DNA of 64,000 nucleotides from Pocillopora damicornis (Eukaryota): NCBI RefSeq assembly GCF_003704095.1, contig NW_020846280.1, positions 434,001 to 498,000 of the forward strand, read 5' to 3'. Shown piece by piece: positions 47,678 to 59,846 of this stretch (position 1 is its first letter; each line of letters starts with the position of its first letter). The notes under the pieces were generated by a model. It saw only the letters and a program-made list of their open reading frames with translations, ran no database searches and was not told where the DNA came from. The position numbers and the translations under genes were made by a program.

Positions 47678-49520
47678 TTAGCTATTCCCTGGTCTGATTG
47701 GCAGGTGGCTCTCAGAGGAATACAGAGAAGAATCAAAGGGAAGATAACCTCTGCAGTTCAGTGCACCACATTGACAACTTTTTGGCTCCTTCCCTTGTTC
47801 TTGCAGAGATTTCAATTCATGCACTTCAACTTTTATTTCATGTGAGTGCCAGTGATCAAATTCCCCTGAATAGTCAAAGGAGAGTTCCTCTCCAATGTCT
47901 ATATTTCTAGCTGCAAAGAGAGCCAGTTGTGGAACAATGGAATCAACTCTCACTGGTACCATTACCAGATTAGGGTTGCATGAATGATTGATAAACCGCG
48001 ATGCGCCACCATGGAAATGAGCATCTACATGAGTTCTTAGAATTTGGTTGACATTTGAACTGTGTTCTCTGAGAACAATCAAATAATTCCCAGTTTCATG
48101 AGTCAATTCCTGAGCACGCATTTTAGCCTCTTTGATTGAAATAAGCTCACCAGCATATTCACACACAAAAGTAAATTTTTTTATGTTTTCCAAAGTCCTT
48201 AAGCCCCATCCTTTGAGTTTGGTTTTAAAAACTTGAAGTTGAAGATGTTGTCCATTCTGAACCACTCTGTTCTGACAAGATTTGGAGCAAGAACAGCGAC
48301 TGTTGCATTCAAACACTGGTTGGCAAAACTCTATTGACAATAAGTCACGAAAAATAAAACTTGATGAATATTCTCTAAATAATTGGCACCTGCATTTTAG
48401 CTCAAGTACCACTGATCTACCTTTTTTTTCTCAGAGTTTTAAACAATCAGCAGTCAAGTATCTTCTGGCCAGATACTTTATTTCTACCTCTGCTGTACAT
48501 TCTATCAGAGAAAAGAGTTTTATCTTATCTATGAGACCAACAGTTTACTGGGTTCCTGTCTGAAACTTAGAAGCCCATTGGTTAATAAGCTGTGGTTACT
48601 GAGTTCAAGCATGGAAGACACTTAACCTTCCCAGTGACTTTTTCTGCCTAAGAGTACAAACATGTCCTGGTGAAATGTCAGGGAAACCAGACAAAACACT
48701 GAGTAGCCTGTCATGCCCAAGTAACTATTCCAGGAGTAGTAGTGATTCTCCAAAATGCTTTAATTACTAAGCATGGAAACTGGATTGTATTATTCAGAAT
48801 TTTCCAAAGAACTTAGCCTCATGTGTCTCTGGCAAGTTCCCCTACTTAGATCTTTACAATCCATAGAATCTTAGCAAAGACCATTTTGAAGATCTTTCAA
48901 ATCCTCAAAGGATCATTAATCCATTGATTTTTTTCAAAGAGCTCTTAGCAGATCCTTTCTTGATCCTTTTTATTTAAGATCACCAAAGGTCCTTTAATTA
49001 CCCTCAAAATATTTTAGGTCAAATTAAAACTATAAAATTATAACTTCTTCCCAAAAGACACTGATCTTTGAGAACTCTGTGAGTCTGTAATACTTACCAG
49101 TTAGTCGATTGAAGATTTGAAGGCATCCATCTTCATTGTAAGACGGTCCATAACTCTGTATGCAGGGGCATTTGTCTCTTGTGCACATTGTCTGATGACA
49201 TCCACATCCAGGATAAAATGGAGAATTAAATGCCTCACTAACATTTGGCCCACTGATGCATACTGGAGTATACTATGAAGAACAACCCCAACAATTTAAA
49301 CAAAATTAAGAGAAAACAACATCGATAGCTACCAATTATCCAATTTCCTTTTTGAAAAGAAGAAAGATCGTAAGTGCAAGATTGATTAATCTAGTTAATA
49401 AGAATGGTACACTTAACAAATTACCCCAAATTCGGTAGGTATGCTGTCATCAAGTTCATTTACCACTGAAACTTTAACTTTCTCCTTTCCCAGCGATATG
49501 TCCTCTGTTATGACAACCAT
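47678..49520 (-). CDS. SETMAR: SETMAR-like histone-lysine N-methyltransferase (pre-SET/SET/post-SET, no transposase fusion)
   Basis: Exons 49520-49425, 49272-49098, 48330-47678 join in frame. GCGC...CPC pre-SET, FECNSRCSC, KGWGLRT, FVCEYAGE, RFINHSCNPN, EELSFDY, CQCGALNCRGYL. Confidence 0.85.
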
Positions 49521-50008
49521 TTTAAAATAATAGCACTGGATTATTTCTTCGACAATACACTACTTTCAATAATAGAGGCTCTTTCCATTTGTACGGAAAA
49601 ATCGATGCAAATTTCCCATTGAAGGGAACAGCACGATTGTTACTTGAATTGGAAAGAACTTCACATGTGGGAGCCTGGATCCTACCATATCCCGGCAGGC
49701 CCTCGGCTGGCAAAAACCGTGCGTTTATGGAGCATGAAGCGAGTAGGACGAGCGTTCGGTAGGTACTGTAGGTTCGGTAGGATATTCGGTAGTACCGATC
49801 AAAACAAAAAAAAAACAAAAAACAAAAAAAAAACAAAAAATATATATATATATATATATATATTTTACATGGTACAAATACAGGGAAAGTGCCATTTCAT
49901 AAAAAAAAAACCTGATGAAAAAAGGAAAGAAGGAGAGAGAATAAAAATTCGTAGCAATATATATGAGCAGGCACTGGGCATGAGACTAAAAGCCGCTGAC
50001 AAAGCTTT

Positions 50009-50022
50009 GTTGCTATAGCAAC
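50009..50022. promoter_or_regulatory. RFX X-box
   Basis: Perfect palindrome GTTGCTATAGCAAC ending 23 bp before the EFCAB10 ATG; matches the RFX consensus of ciliary genes. Confidence 0.75.
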
Positions 50023-50044
50023 CTTATCAGGATGCAAAATTAAA

Positions 50045-51810
50045 ATGGCGAATAAGGAGAACGATGCCCAAGAATACGTTAAAAAGCATTGTATTATGGA
50101 ACTATTTGAGAACTTAACTGCACAGTTGATCTATGAAAGACCAGGTGAATAATTTACACAGCTTAGGATTGATGTTTTGGCAACAAATCTGGCAATGTGA
50201 ATGAAAAATATTTGGATATTCAACAATATGTCGTTGGGAACTTTATTACATGTATATGTAACTCTGCTTGTTTGTTTGACAGAGGACCCGAAGGCTTACA
50301 TGAAACAATTCTTGGAGAAATTAAGAGATGCAAGAACAATGCAGAGAAACTACCCTTGCATATTTGATGACAGTAACGTAAGATCGTTGTTTGGAATGCT
50401 CGATGTTACAGGAAAAGGCTTTATTACATATGAACAGTACAAACAAGGTCAGTTTTTCTTTTATTTTACAATATCTGTTTAACTCATGTCATCGTACCTT
50501 ATTCCATTGCATAGAATTTATAAAGTTTTATCCAAGGATCTTGGAGAAAAACTTTTTTTTGAATTGAAAGAATGAAATCATCTAAAAGTTCAATGAGATA
50601 TTTACAGGAGGACGATGTTTTTGCACACGATCCTGTAAAGTTTTGATGCCGTTAAACTAATAGCAAGCATTGTCAGTAGCTTACAGCAATTGCCTAATTT
50701 TCTTGAGATGCTTGCTAATCAACAGCTGTTTGCAGGGCGTAAAATCGCGCCTTATACAGGCGCCAATGCGACTAAATTTTTCCCTTTGGCGACCAAATCC
50801 TGAAAATTAGTCGCCAAATTGGCGACTAGAATGTTTCATCATAACCTTACCACGAGATATCGTGAATTAAAAAGATTTGCAAAGATAAATCCGCGGCAAA
50901 CTTCCTCGTTAAGTTTGTTTCCAAAACGCAGCACATGCATCTCGATCAATAACTAGACGCCATCTTGAATTTAGGTGAGCTTGAGAGTTGTATATCATCC
51001 CTCCTAGTGTCCACTTTGTAGCACGTTAAAGATCTTTCCCCTAACTTAATTTGGAGGGTCTCTCTAGAGCGCTGACAGCGTAAAAAAAGGTTTTGTTTGT
51101 CTTTGAAAATGGCGACCAACTTTTTTTGAATTGGCTACCACTTTGAAAAATTTAGGAGCCAAGTGGCTATCAGAAAAAAAAATTAATTTCACGCCCTGGT
51201 TTGTGAAATGAGCTCACTCTTCTTAACTCTTTAACCCCTGTGAGTGACCAAGACTGAATTTCTCCTCACAAAATCAATTCAAGATCAAGCAGAAAAGTAA
51301 CCAGAATAAAGCAAAAGCAAATTCTCTGAACTAACATCGTAAGAATCAAATGGAAGACAATGAGGAGAATTACTAACAAAATCTGGGAATTGAAAGTGTT
51401 TAAGGGAGTGAGGACCAATTTGAGGGAGTGGCACAAATCAAGCATACTAAACTGCAGGCTTCTAATAAGGTATCTAGATAGTTTATACACCTTATTCTCT
51501 GTTGTTTTTTAAACAGGACTTGAAACAATGGGTGTGAAAAAGTTTGATAGAGATCCTCCTGGTGGTGATATGGACAGAATCAGTGCAGAGACATTTTTGA
51601 AAGAGGCGTAAGTCAGCTTATATGAAATTATAGCTACTGTAAGTAAACTTCAACAGAACTTGTCAAAGTTGGTTGTAAGGGATGAAAATTACAGTTTTGA
51701 AGGAAACATGGTTTTTTTGTTAGCAACTGTAAATTTTATTAAGATTATTTGATTGATTTTTTTTCAGGCGACAAGGACTTGCTCAGGCATCTGCAACATT
51801 CTCTTTGTAG
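50045..51810 (+). CDS. EFCAB10: EF-hand calcium-binding domain-containing protein 10-like
   Basis: Exons 50045-50144, 50283-50447, 51517-51607, 51768-51810 join in frame. Docking-domain-like YVKKHCIMELFENLTAQLIYERPEDPKAYM, then IFDDSNVRSLFGMLDVTGKGFITYEQYKQGLETMG. Confidence 0.85.
50733..51198. mobile_element. Non-autonomous DNA transposon with CAGGGCGT(A/G)AAAT TIRs and 5-bp TSD (hAT5-like)
   Basis: Left end cagggcgtaaaat, right end atttcacgccctg; GTTTG duplicated at 50728-50732 and 51199-51203; internal tggcgac/tggcta subterminal repeats. Sits in EFCAB10 intron 2. Confidence 0.8.
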
Positions 51811-52279
51811 TGCTATATAACTCTCCTTTTGTGGGTTTTTAGTTTGTGTTGTCTGAGAGATCAACAACCTCTTTGTCCACATCAGATTAAATGTATATAT
51901 ATTGTGTAAATACCACCATCACATCATTACTTGAACTAAAGTGAAGAACCCAGTTGTTTTTGCTGTGTGTCTCTTAAGTAATCAATTTAGGAACAGATTT
52001 GAAAAATAAAGAAGTGAGCGACTCTGGCTATGAGTCAGTTTCTTTAGATCTCAATGGTTCTACAAGAAATTATGAAATTATTTTATGGTAAGATAAAGGT
52101 GGACTTTTACAATGTGGTACTTCAAAGTCATTTATTGACTGAAAAGTTTATCAGTTGTTACAAAACAGTACATTTTCCATCAGAACTTGTAAACTACAGC
52201 CTGAATAGCTTTTTGAAACCATCATCACTTTGTTCAGATTTATAGCTGGGTTGTGAGGTTTTTAAACTTAAAATAACAC

Positions 52280-54387
52280 TTAACAATCAATAGGCATGCA
52301 AGTTTGCATTTCTTTGCACACCATGCATGTTGATGAGGCACAGGTCAAGTAACAATATTGATAGGTGGAACAAACAGAGCTGGAGCAAGAACGCTGATGA
52401 ATAGGCTTTCCATTGTCACCTGAAATCCTGTCTGAAACATATTGCAACCATTAACATACAATAATCATGGTGAAGACCAATACAAATTAATTTTGTTTTG
52501 CAAAGCTTTAACTATTACAGTTGAGAGAGAGCAAATGGGATTTGTTGACCAACCATTGGTCAGTTTCTGTGATTGACTTGCTTAAACATTGAGCGAGGTA
52601 CTCAGTAATCAAAACTGATTAACAGTCCAACTGGCTGGTTGAGTAACTTACATTTTTAATGATGGTGTGGCTGGCTGACTAATCCATTGATTGTTCAGTT
52701 GGTTGATTGGTGGACTAGTATATTGACTGATTGACGAATTGCCTGATTGCCTGACTGACTGACTGACTATCTACTCTATTTATTTGACTATGAGCTGAGC
52801 TCATAGGCGGGCCAGCAGACTGACTGATGCCTTCCACCCAATTAAAAAGGCTTATCTTTCAGTATCAAGACTGACTCACAAGTCTCCAGATTAATTCTTT
52901 ATAGTTATATGATTTTTCATTTACCTTCATCAGCAACTGCTGAGATGGAAATGGTATCTTTAGCAGGTTCACTGTGGTAAATAGGAAAACCTTCACACAT
53001 TTTCTTCATGGCGTAGCTAAGATCACCCAGGTCATATATCAACTCTTTAGTTTCCATGGTAATTGTCAATTTCTCCAATGGAAATTCCTTACCATCCATT
53101 GTTGCCTAGAGAAAGGAGAATTTTCAGTGTGACACAAGTAATTTTTTTCTCTTCAATTTTTTCACTTGGTATAAGCCAGAAAATAATCATAGTGAGTATG
53201 TCACCTTTCTAAAGGATTTGGCCATCTTGGTAGGGCGTGGCACTCTGCCAGTGAGCTTTGTCAAAAAGCACATTTGTTTCTGTGGTAAGCTGATCATCAT
53301 CAATTTCTGAAACACATAAAACCGTTTTAGAAATTATTAGGCCAACAATCATCTGGAGTTCTTTTGCTCAACTGATATCAGGAAATACCTGAAAGGAACA
53401 AGTCACTGTAAATCTTCGTCAGAGAAAACGTGCCCAAATGGGTTTACCAGAGGAATGAAGCGCTCGAGGTAACTTCGTAAATTCTTAAAATATTTAATCG
53501 GTCGTTTAGTTTACCTCTTGACCAATCAAGCGCACAACTAAATTCAATCTCATTCAATCGCGTTTTTCCGTGCTTTAAGTAGTTAAGTTGTTTTTACTGT
53601 GAGTTGTCATCGGTCACGTGACATTTAACTTCCTTCTGATTGGTCATTGTGATTTCTTTAGTTTTCCTATTATGACACTCAACCAAAAATGAGTTCTATT
53701 TCTATTTTACTGATTTCGATGTCATATCTGGGCAGTGGCTTACCTTACGAAAATCATTAATGATTTCCGCTGCTTCGAGGTCACCTTGCGATGGAACGTG
53801 AAATGTTTCCGTTTTCCCTTTAACATCGATCTCCACAACCTCCTTGAACATTTTGCCTTGATGTTTGATCAGTACTTCGAATGATCTTTTCTTTCCCTGT
53901 GTGGGATGAAACTAATAAAAAAAGAAAAAAATACTTGAAAATGGAATGTTTACCAGGAAAGTCACAAAATATCTCAGTTCTTGTGACTAGACCGTAAAAA
54001 TTCAGCTGTTTGATGGCTCGTGTTCATAAAGAACAGAGATTTGAAATCGGCCTTCCCGGTTGAACGCACTTTTCCAATGGTTTATCAGGTTTTCAATGAA
54101 ATGACATTACTTTTGTCTCCAGTATAAGTTGGCTTGATCATTTTTTGTTATCTTAATGCATAGACTTGATTGTTTTGGAAAAAAAATATCTGACTTTTGA
54201 ATTGTTCTTCAGGCTCAAGACTCACTGTTTCATACGTTGTGAAATTCGTTTTTGTATGATAATGGTGTTCAGGATTTTGAAATTGAAAATTATCTGAACA
54301 TCTAAACTAGTGACTTCAAACGAGCTTACTCACTCGCAAAACTGCTGCACAACAAGAAAGAACTACGAAGCCCACTGAGAATTGCAT
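52280..54387 (-). CDS. Secreted BRICHOS-domain precursor 1 with C-terminal 8-Cys peptide
   Basis: Exons 54387-54334, 53911-53744, 53306-53205, 53105-52925, 52431(or 52419)-52280 join in frame. Signal peptide, TETFHVP...IINDFRKKLMMI...QMCFL and MKKMCEGFPIY (the two BRICHOS Cys), ending SCSSSVCSTYQYCYLTCASSTCMVCKEMQTCMPIDC*. Confidence 0.8.
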
Positions 54388-56707
54388 TTTCGTTCTCATT
54401 TTTCTCGATCTCTCCCTCTACACTTCTCTCGGCTGATAGATTTTACTCTGCACAGGGCGATCTTAAAGTTATTGGTGGTTTTATATTTGATTTCTCTCGT
54501 AATGAACCCTCACATCACTCAAAAAGTTAATTTAAGTAAACCATACGTTCACTTGAATCGCTATTAATTACACAACCAAAGAGCCACAGCAAAGTTTTGA
54601 ACGTCAGAGAAACTGCAATGAAAATCTCAGAGAAGCTAAGTTCCCTTAGGAGTTCAGTATGAGCTAGAGGCGGAAAATCGTTTTAACTAGGTTGTCATAC
54701 CCACAATCGCTTATAGGGCGTGACCCTGATTCATTTTTCAATTAACAGCTTTCAAGTGTTTTTTTACCATATTTTTATTAAAACAATAAAACTTTTTCCT
54801 TTTCTTTCCTACTTTAACACAGGAAATTCGCAGCCTCCTTAAGTGCTTTATCTTGGTCAAAAGAAATGTAAACTTTTGCAAATTTTGACGTGAGCGATTC
54901 CAGCGAAACTCTCGGTGATCGCATCCTCTCTTTTGAAACGCGAAATTATTAGATTTAGTCACTGTTTTTGTGTCCCAAATTGCTCTGTTGTTCGTGGTCA
55001 ACAAAAATTTTCATGTCGTAGGGCTTTTGAATTAAATGAAAACTGGCTTCAACCCCGAGACGTCTGATTTCAAATTTGTGTCAGGAAATTACCTCTAAGT
55101 ATCATTTTGGAATTTGTTGACAGATTCCTTTGTTGAAGAGGACAACTTTCCTCAATTTAGATGCTTCATTGTAAGCAGTGAGAAAACAAAGTGTGAAGAC
55201 TGAGTTATTCTGATTGACTGTGAATATATGAAAAGTTATCCTGTCCATGCAATAGTTCAAATTGTTTTTTGTTTCAGTTCATAAGGAAATTCATGGAGTG
55301 TCATGGAAAAAGAAAATAACCCTTTAGCTAGGGTTAGCTTTAGTAATGGTGTGTCAAACCAGTGGATAAAACACTTATCGAAATGAAAGATCAATAAAGA
55401 AATCTTACAGTTCTATCAAGCTCCATTTCTCAGCCAACTATTCCTCTTTCGGACCATCCTTTAACCTTGCAATCGTGATGACTTAATTCCATTACTAGTA
55501 TCTTTTAAATCAAAAACACCCCCCTGAAAACCAATCCGGTGCCAGTATGCGTCATATTTTTCTTAGCCCACGTATAGGCGTACCCTCCCTCCCATGTTTA
55601 ACCATGGGGGGAGGGAGGGTACGGCTACGCGTAGGCTGTAAATCAGTTGTAATTTGTTACATTGTGATGTATATTGTAACTAATGACGATTGAATTATTG
55701 TCGGTTCAGCAAAACAGAAATACCTTTTTTGACATTCAAATTATTAAAAAAGAATGCCTGACACAAACCTCAACCCACAAGATGAAGGGAGGGGAGGGAG
55801 AAGTGTGGCCATGGATAGAAGCGGGTGGAATAATGAATCAAGAATCGTAGCATTGAATGAGACGAAATTATAGTCATGCTATAATCTCTCGAAACTCGTA
55901 TTGTATTTAAGATCGTTTTATCTAATGAAACAGTCGATTTGGATATTTTTTTTCTTCACTGGCTTTCATTGGCCACCAAAATGGCAGACCGTAAAGATGC
56001 CAAGTTGTACTGAGCTTTCTGTCGTAGATGATTAGCGCTTGAAGAAACAGTTATTTAGACGTATTGCAGACCTGTTGTATGTTGAGAGTCTGCTTTTAGC
56101 ATATATTAAAATTTAAAACTGTGTTTTTAACGATAAAAAACGCGAACAGTTTCTTCTTACACGAGCGAGGTTGGGAAAATTTAAAATGAGAGAACCTTGG
56201 GCTTCTTGAAGTGCTCTTTAATGGGAGACAATCTGGAATAAATTTCGAGTGGCTAAATTGATTCCAGATGCATGCAAGCCCTTTTTCTGATTGTGTCAAC
56301 TATTGTTGAAAAAAATTTGCTAACGTGGGTATAAATTAACTAATTTTAACGCCACGAAGAGATCGTGAGTAACAAAAAAAGTTGTGAGTAACTAGGTCTT
56401 GTGATTCTCGCGAGCAGCTCTGAAAGTTCTCGTCAGAATCTAAAAATAGAAACAGCAAGGAGTCTGGACCCTGGTCTGGACCTGAGAAAATTAAATTCAA
56501 GATGGCGAAAACCGGGTCAAAACAGGTTGAGTTAAAAATATCGCTTTTGTTGTCATGGTTGAACTACCCACGCAAAAAAAATGCTCGTTTAACTTGATCT
56601 GTAACTGTGATGTAATTATCGCCGGCAGCTACTGTATATAAACAACGCTGCTGGAGAAAATAGACAGATCTTTTCGGTGAAATCGATCGAGTTGAGTCGA
56701 GAAACGT

Positions 56708-59208
56708 ATGGCGGACGGAGATGCAGATTACTCTCCGAAATTGGCAGAGAATCTTTTAGAAATTTTTCAGTCGGACCGATTCGTTACTGAGTGCTTTAAG
56801 GAAAGAAACCTTAAAATTTCTCAAGCGTTGTGTCTGCTATGGCATGACCAATCGACAGGCGACGTTCCTGGAAGGAAGGCAAGTGCGCCTCATTTTGGAA
56901 ATATTTCGGCAGCTGTTATCATCGACTTGTACGTTCTTGGCAAAGTCAGTTTTGAAGACGCACAGGCTTCCTGTCTGGGTGTGAAGTATAAGGAGATGGT
57001 TCTTCAGGTGAGGGAAAATAAAATTATATTTTTATTGTGTGATTTAGAATATCAAATGAAAAGAAAGGATTGATTAAGGTTAGTTCGAATATCGATTACA
57101 ACTACGTTGTAAAGTACACTAAATTATTCGGAAAATTCCAATGATACTTTCCTTCCCCTCCCCCCTCTTCATCATTGTCGTGCAGAAGATTTTCGGGGGG
57201 GGGGGGGGGGTCTGAAAGTGTTGTTCCATAGGTGATGGGCAGGTCTGAAAAAAATTACCGATCAGGTCTCAGAAAGTTTTCACTGAGGTGGGCAACTTTT
57301 TTCTGAGGGGAGGGGTGGAAGGGAGTTTACAAGCATTACATAAGCACTTGTATCCTCTTTCTTATTAAGAACTTGTGTGAATAGTGTCATCAATGGGGCT
57401 GGGGGGGAGGAGTGGGAGGGGGTTGTTACTACCCTAGAGTTTTATAATTCATTGATTTTAAAATTATATTTTTATATTTCTGTTTCTCCAAAGGTGAAAG
57501 ATTTCACACCAACAGACTCTTACTTAGACAACTGTATGTTCAACCAGATTTTGGAACGCACTCGTAAACATCCTGACAAGCCACGCAGTGTGTCTAAATG
57601 GATACTGAAAGGTTCAAATTACCACAAGCCAAGCTGTGTGTCGGCTACATTTGACAGCCTTGTGGATCTTGGGTTAATGAAGAAAGAGCCCAGGTTACTG
57701 GGAACTTCTGTTAGGTATCCAGTCATAAATGCAGGTACAAACATGAATTTTTATTTCCCTTATCCCTTTAACTCCCAAGATCTAATAAGTAATTCTCCTT
57801 ACTGTCTGCCCTATACTTCTTGTGATGTTAGTTTGGAGAATTTGGTATTAGATCAACCAATAATCCCCTACTTAATATTTTTCTTTATTCTCATCACTTG
57901 TCTGCTTGATATTGTACTGATATTGTAAGGAGAATTTCTGTCTTGGTCACTCATGGGAGTTAAAGGGTTACATGATGCCAGTATCAACTCTCCTCATTTC
58001 CTTTCCTACATTTCTTACAATATGGCAGACACAGTGGCCTACTGATCAGTGCATTGGACTCCGGGTCAAGAGGCCTGGGTTCAAGACCTGGCTGGATCAA
58101 TGCATTGTATTATTGGGAAAGACACTTTCCTCTCACAGCACCTCTCTCTACCCAGGAGTCTGAATGAGTTCTGGCAAAATGTCAGAGAAGCCTGATAAAA
58201 TCCTGGGGGGTAACCTTGCATTGAACTAGCTTCCCATCAGGGGGGAAGTAGTAATACTCCTCATTGCTTCATGCTACATGGAAACTGAGATAAACTCTGG
58301 CTTTACATTTCTTACAATGTTTGTGAGGAGAGCTTCATGTTTTGTCTTATTCCTTGGTTATGTTTTTCTTCCTTCTCATTGTGTGTGTGCTTCATGATGG
58401 ATTTGATGGCATAAAGAGAAAATACTTACCTGTCAATTGTGGCAGAGAGAGCATTAGCCATTATCATCTGATGTAAAGTGGTGGACTAAGACTGATCTTC
58501 TTTGACTTGTAAAGAGGAGGCTCAAATTAGATGGTTGCCATTTGTGGGATTTGGTGACAACTTCCCTAACACAATTTTGAATTCTAACCCTTGAGATATT
58601 CGACTTAGGATGCTCTGAAGCGAAGTCAGTATTTTTTAACAGCTCACCTTTTATTATCAAAATATTACTCTTTGTATTAAGATAAATTATTTCCAGACTG
58701 AGCTGAAAAGATCATCGGTTGTGTGTTCTTGCAATTCAAAAAATGGTCAGCTCAACTCACAAGATTTACAATTACCTCATTTATTAATTTAAATTTTGCA
58801 TTTTTTTCTGATGTCAGTAAACCCTCTGCAAGGGTGTGACTGAACCCCCAAATCCCCCTTAGTCTACCAGTACTTCTTCCAAAATGACTTCAAAGTGGAA
58901 TGCTTTTTGTTTTTTTTTATTTTCCAGTGCCACAGAATGAACTTGTTAAGGAAATACAGATGATTGCACTAGCAGGACATGCAGTAGATGGCTTCACCTG
59001 GACTCTTTTAAAGCTGGCCCGCTTTTCGGACTCACTGTATCTTGGAGGGGCGCCAATGCTTAAACATCTCTTCCACAAGAAGGAGTATGAGCAAGCAAAG
59101 AAAAACATTGAAAAATTGGTTGAGACTAAAAAGGAGAATGCAAAGAAAAGAGGTTGGAAAAAAGACAAGGATTTAGAATTCTACAACTTGTGTGAAATTG
59201 AACAATAA
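56708..59208 (+). CDS. Divergent GPP34/GOLPH3/Vps74-family protein (~273 aa)
   Basis: Exons 56708-57007, 57494-57734, 58928-59208 join in frame. Pattern LCLLWHDQSTG...AAVIIDLYVLGKV...VKDFTPTDSYLD...RSVSKWI...DSLVDLGLMKKEPRLLG...RYP fits the GPP34 fold by eye. Confidence 0.65.
57763..57970. mobile_element. ~200-bp MITE family with (TTAA)CCCTTTAACTCCC...GGGAGTTAAAGGG(TTAA) ends (piggyBac-like termini)
   Basis: Related degenerate copies at ~1591-1803, 5017-5215, 44826-45017, 51223-51405 and 60716-60906 share the termini and the internal ttattctcat...ggagaaattagatg core. Confidence 0.65.
58023..58300 (+). mobile_element. tRNA-derived SINE with CORE-like central domain
   Basis: A-box-like gtggcctactgatcag, B-box-like gggttcaagacc, then ttgggaaagacactttcctctcacagcacctctctctacccaggag and a 3' tail ending ggaaactgagataaactctggc. 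An older related copy lies at ~48570-48785. Confidence 0.65.
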
Positions 59209-59391
59209 TTTTTGAAGAAATATTGAGACTCAGGGGTTTGTATGGAGTCTGATATTCTCAAGGGAATATGGAAATCTAAATATTTTCAGTGACTTGCGAA
59301 AGATGTTAAAATGGAGACTTGGCCTGCTTGAAAAAGGAAAAACTGAGAGATTTTTCATTTGGATAATTGATGAGACTGATATTTGTCAGCC

Positions 59392-59846
59392 AATAAACTT
59401 TATATCAAGCATCTCAATATCAGTCTTCACAAAAAAATACAACTATCAGGTCTTGCCATTAATTTGGCTGAACAAAAACAAACAAGATGATTTGAGCAGA
59501 ATAGAAGACTGCCTTTAAGTCAATTAATTCCAAGTTATGCATTTCAGCCCATCATAACTGCTCTTTTCACACTGTNNNNNNNNNNNNNNNNNNNNNNNNN
59601 NNNNNNNNNNNNNNNNNNNNNNNNNNNNNNNNNNNNNNNNNNNNNNNNNNNNNNNNNNNNNNNNNNNNNNNNNNNAATAAACTTTATGTGAAGCATCTCA
59701 ATATCAGTTTTCACCCAAAAAATACAGCCATCAGGTCTTGCCATTAATTTTGCTGAACAAAACAAAAGATGATTTGCCGTAAAATAAAAGACTGCCTTCA
59801 GGTCAATAAGTTACAAGTTAAGCTTTTCAGCCCATCATAACTGCTG
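59392..59846. repeat. Direct repeat of ~180 bp separated by gaps (tandem array or assembly duplication)
   Basis: ataaacttt...agcatctcaatatcag...tcaggtcttgccattaattt...tttcagcccatcataactgct occurs at 59392-59562 and 59677-59845. Confidence 0.7.

Noticed and set aside
47678-49520. Absence of the mariner transposase domain in SETMAR
   Set aside because: Expected: the fusion is specific to anthropoid primates.
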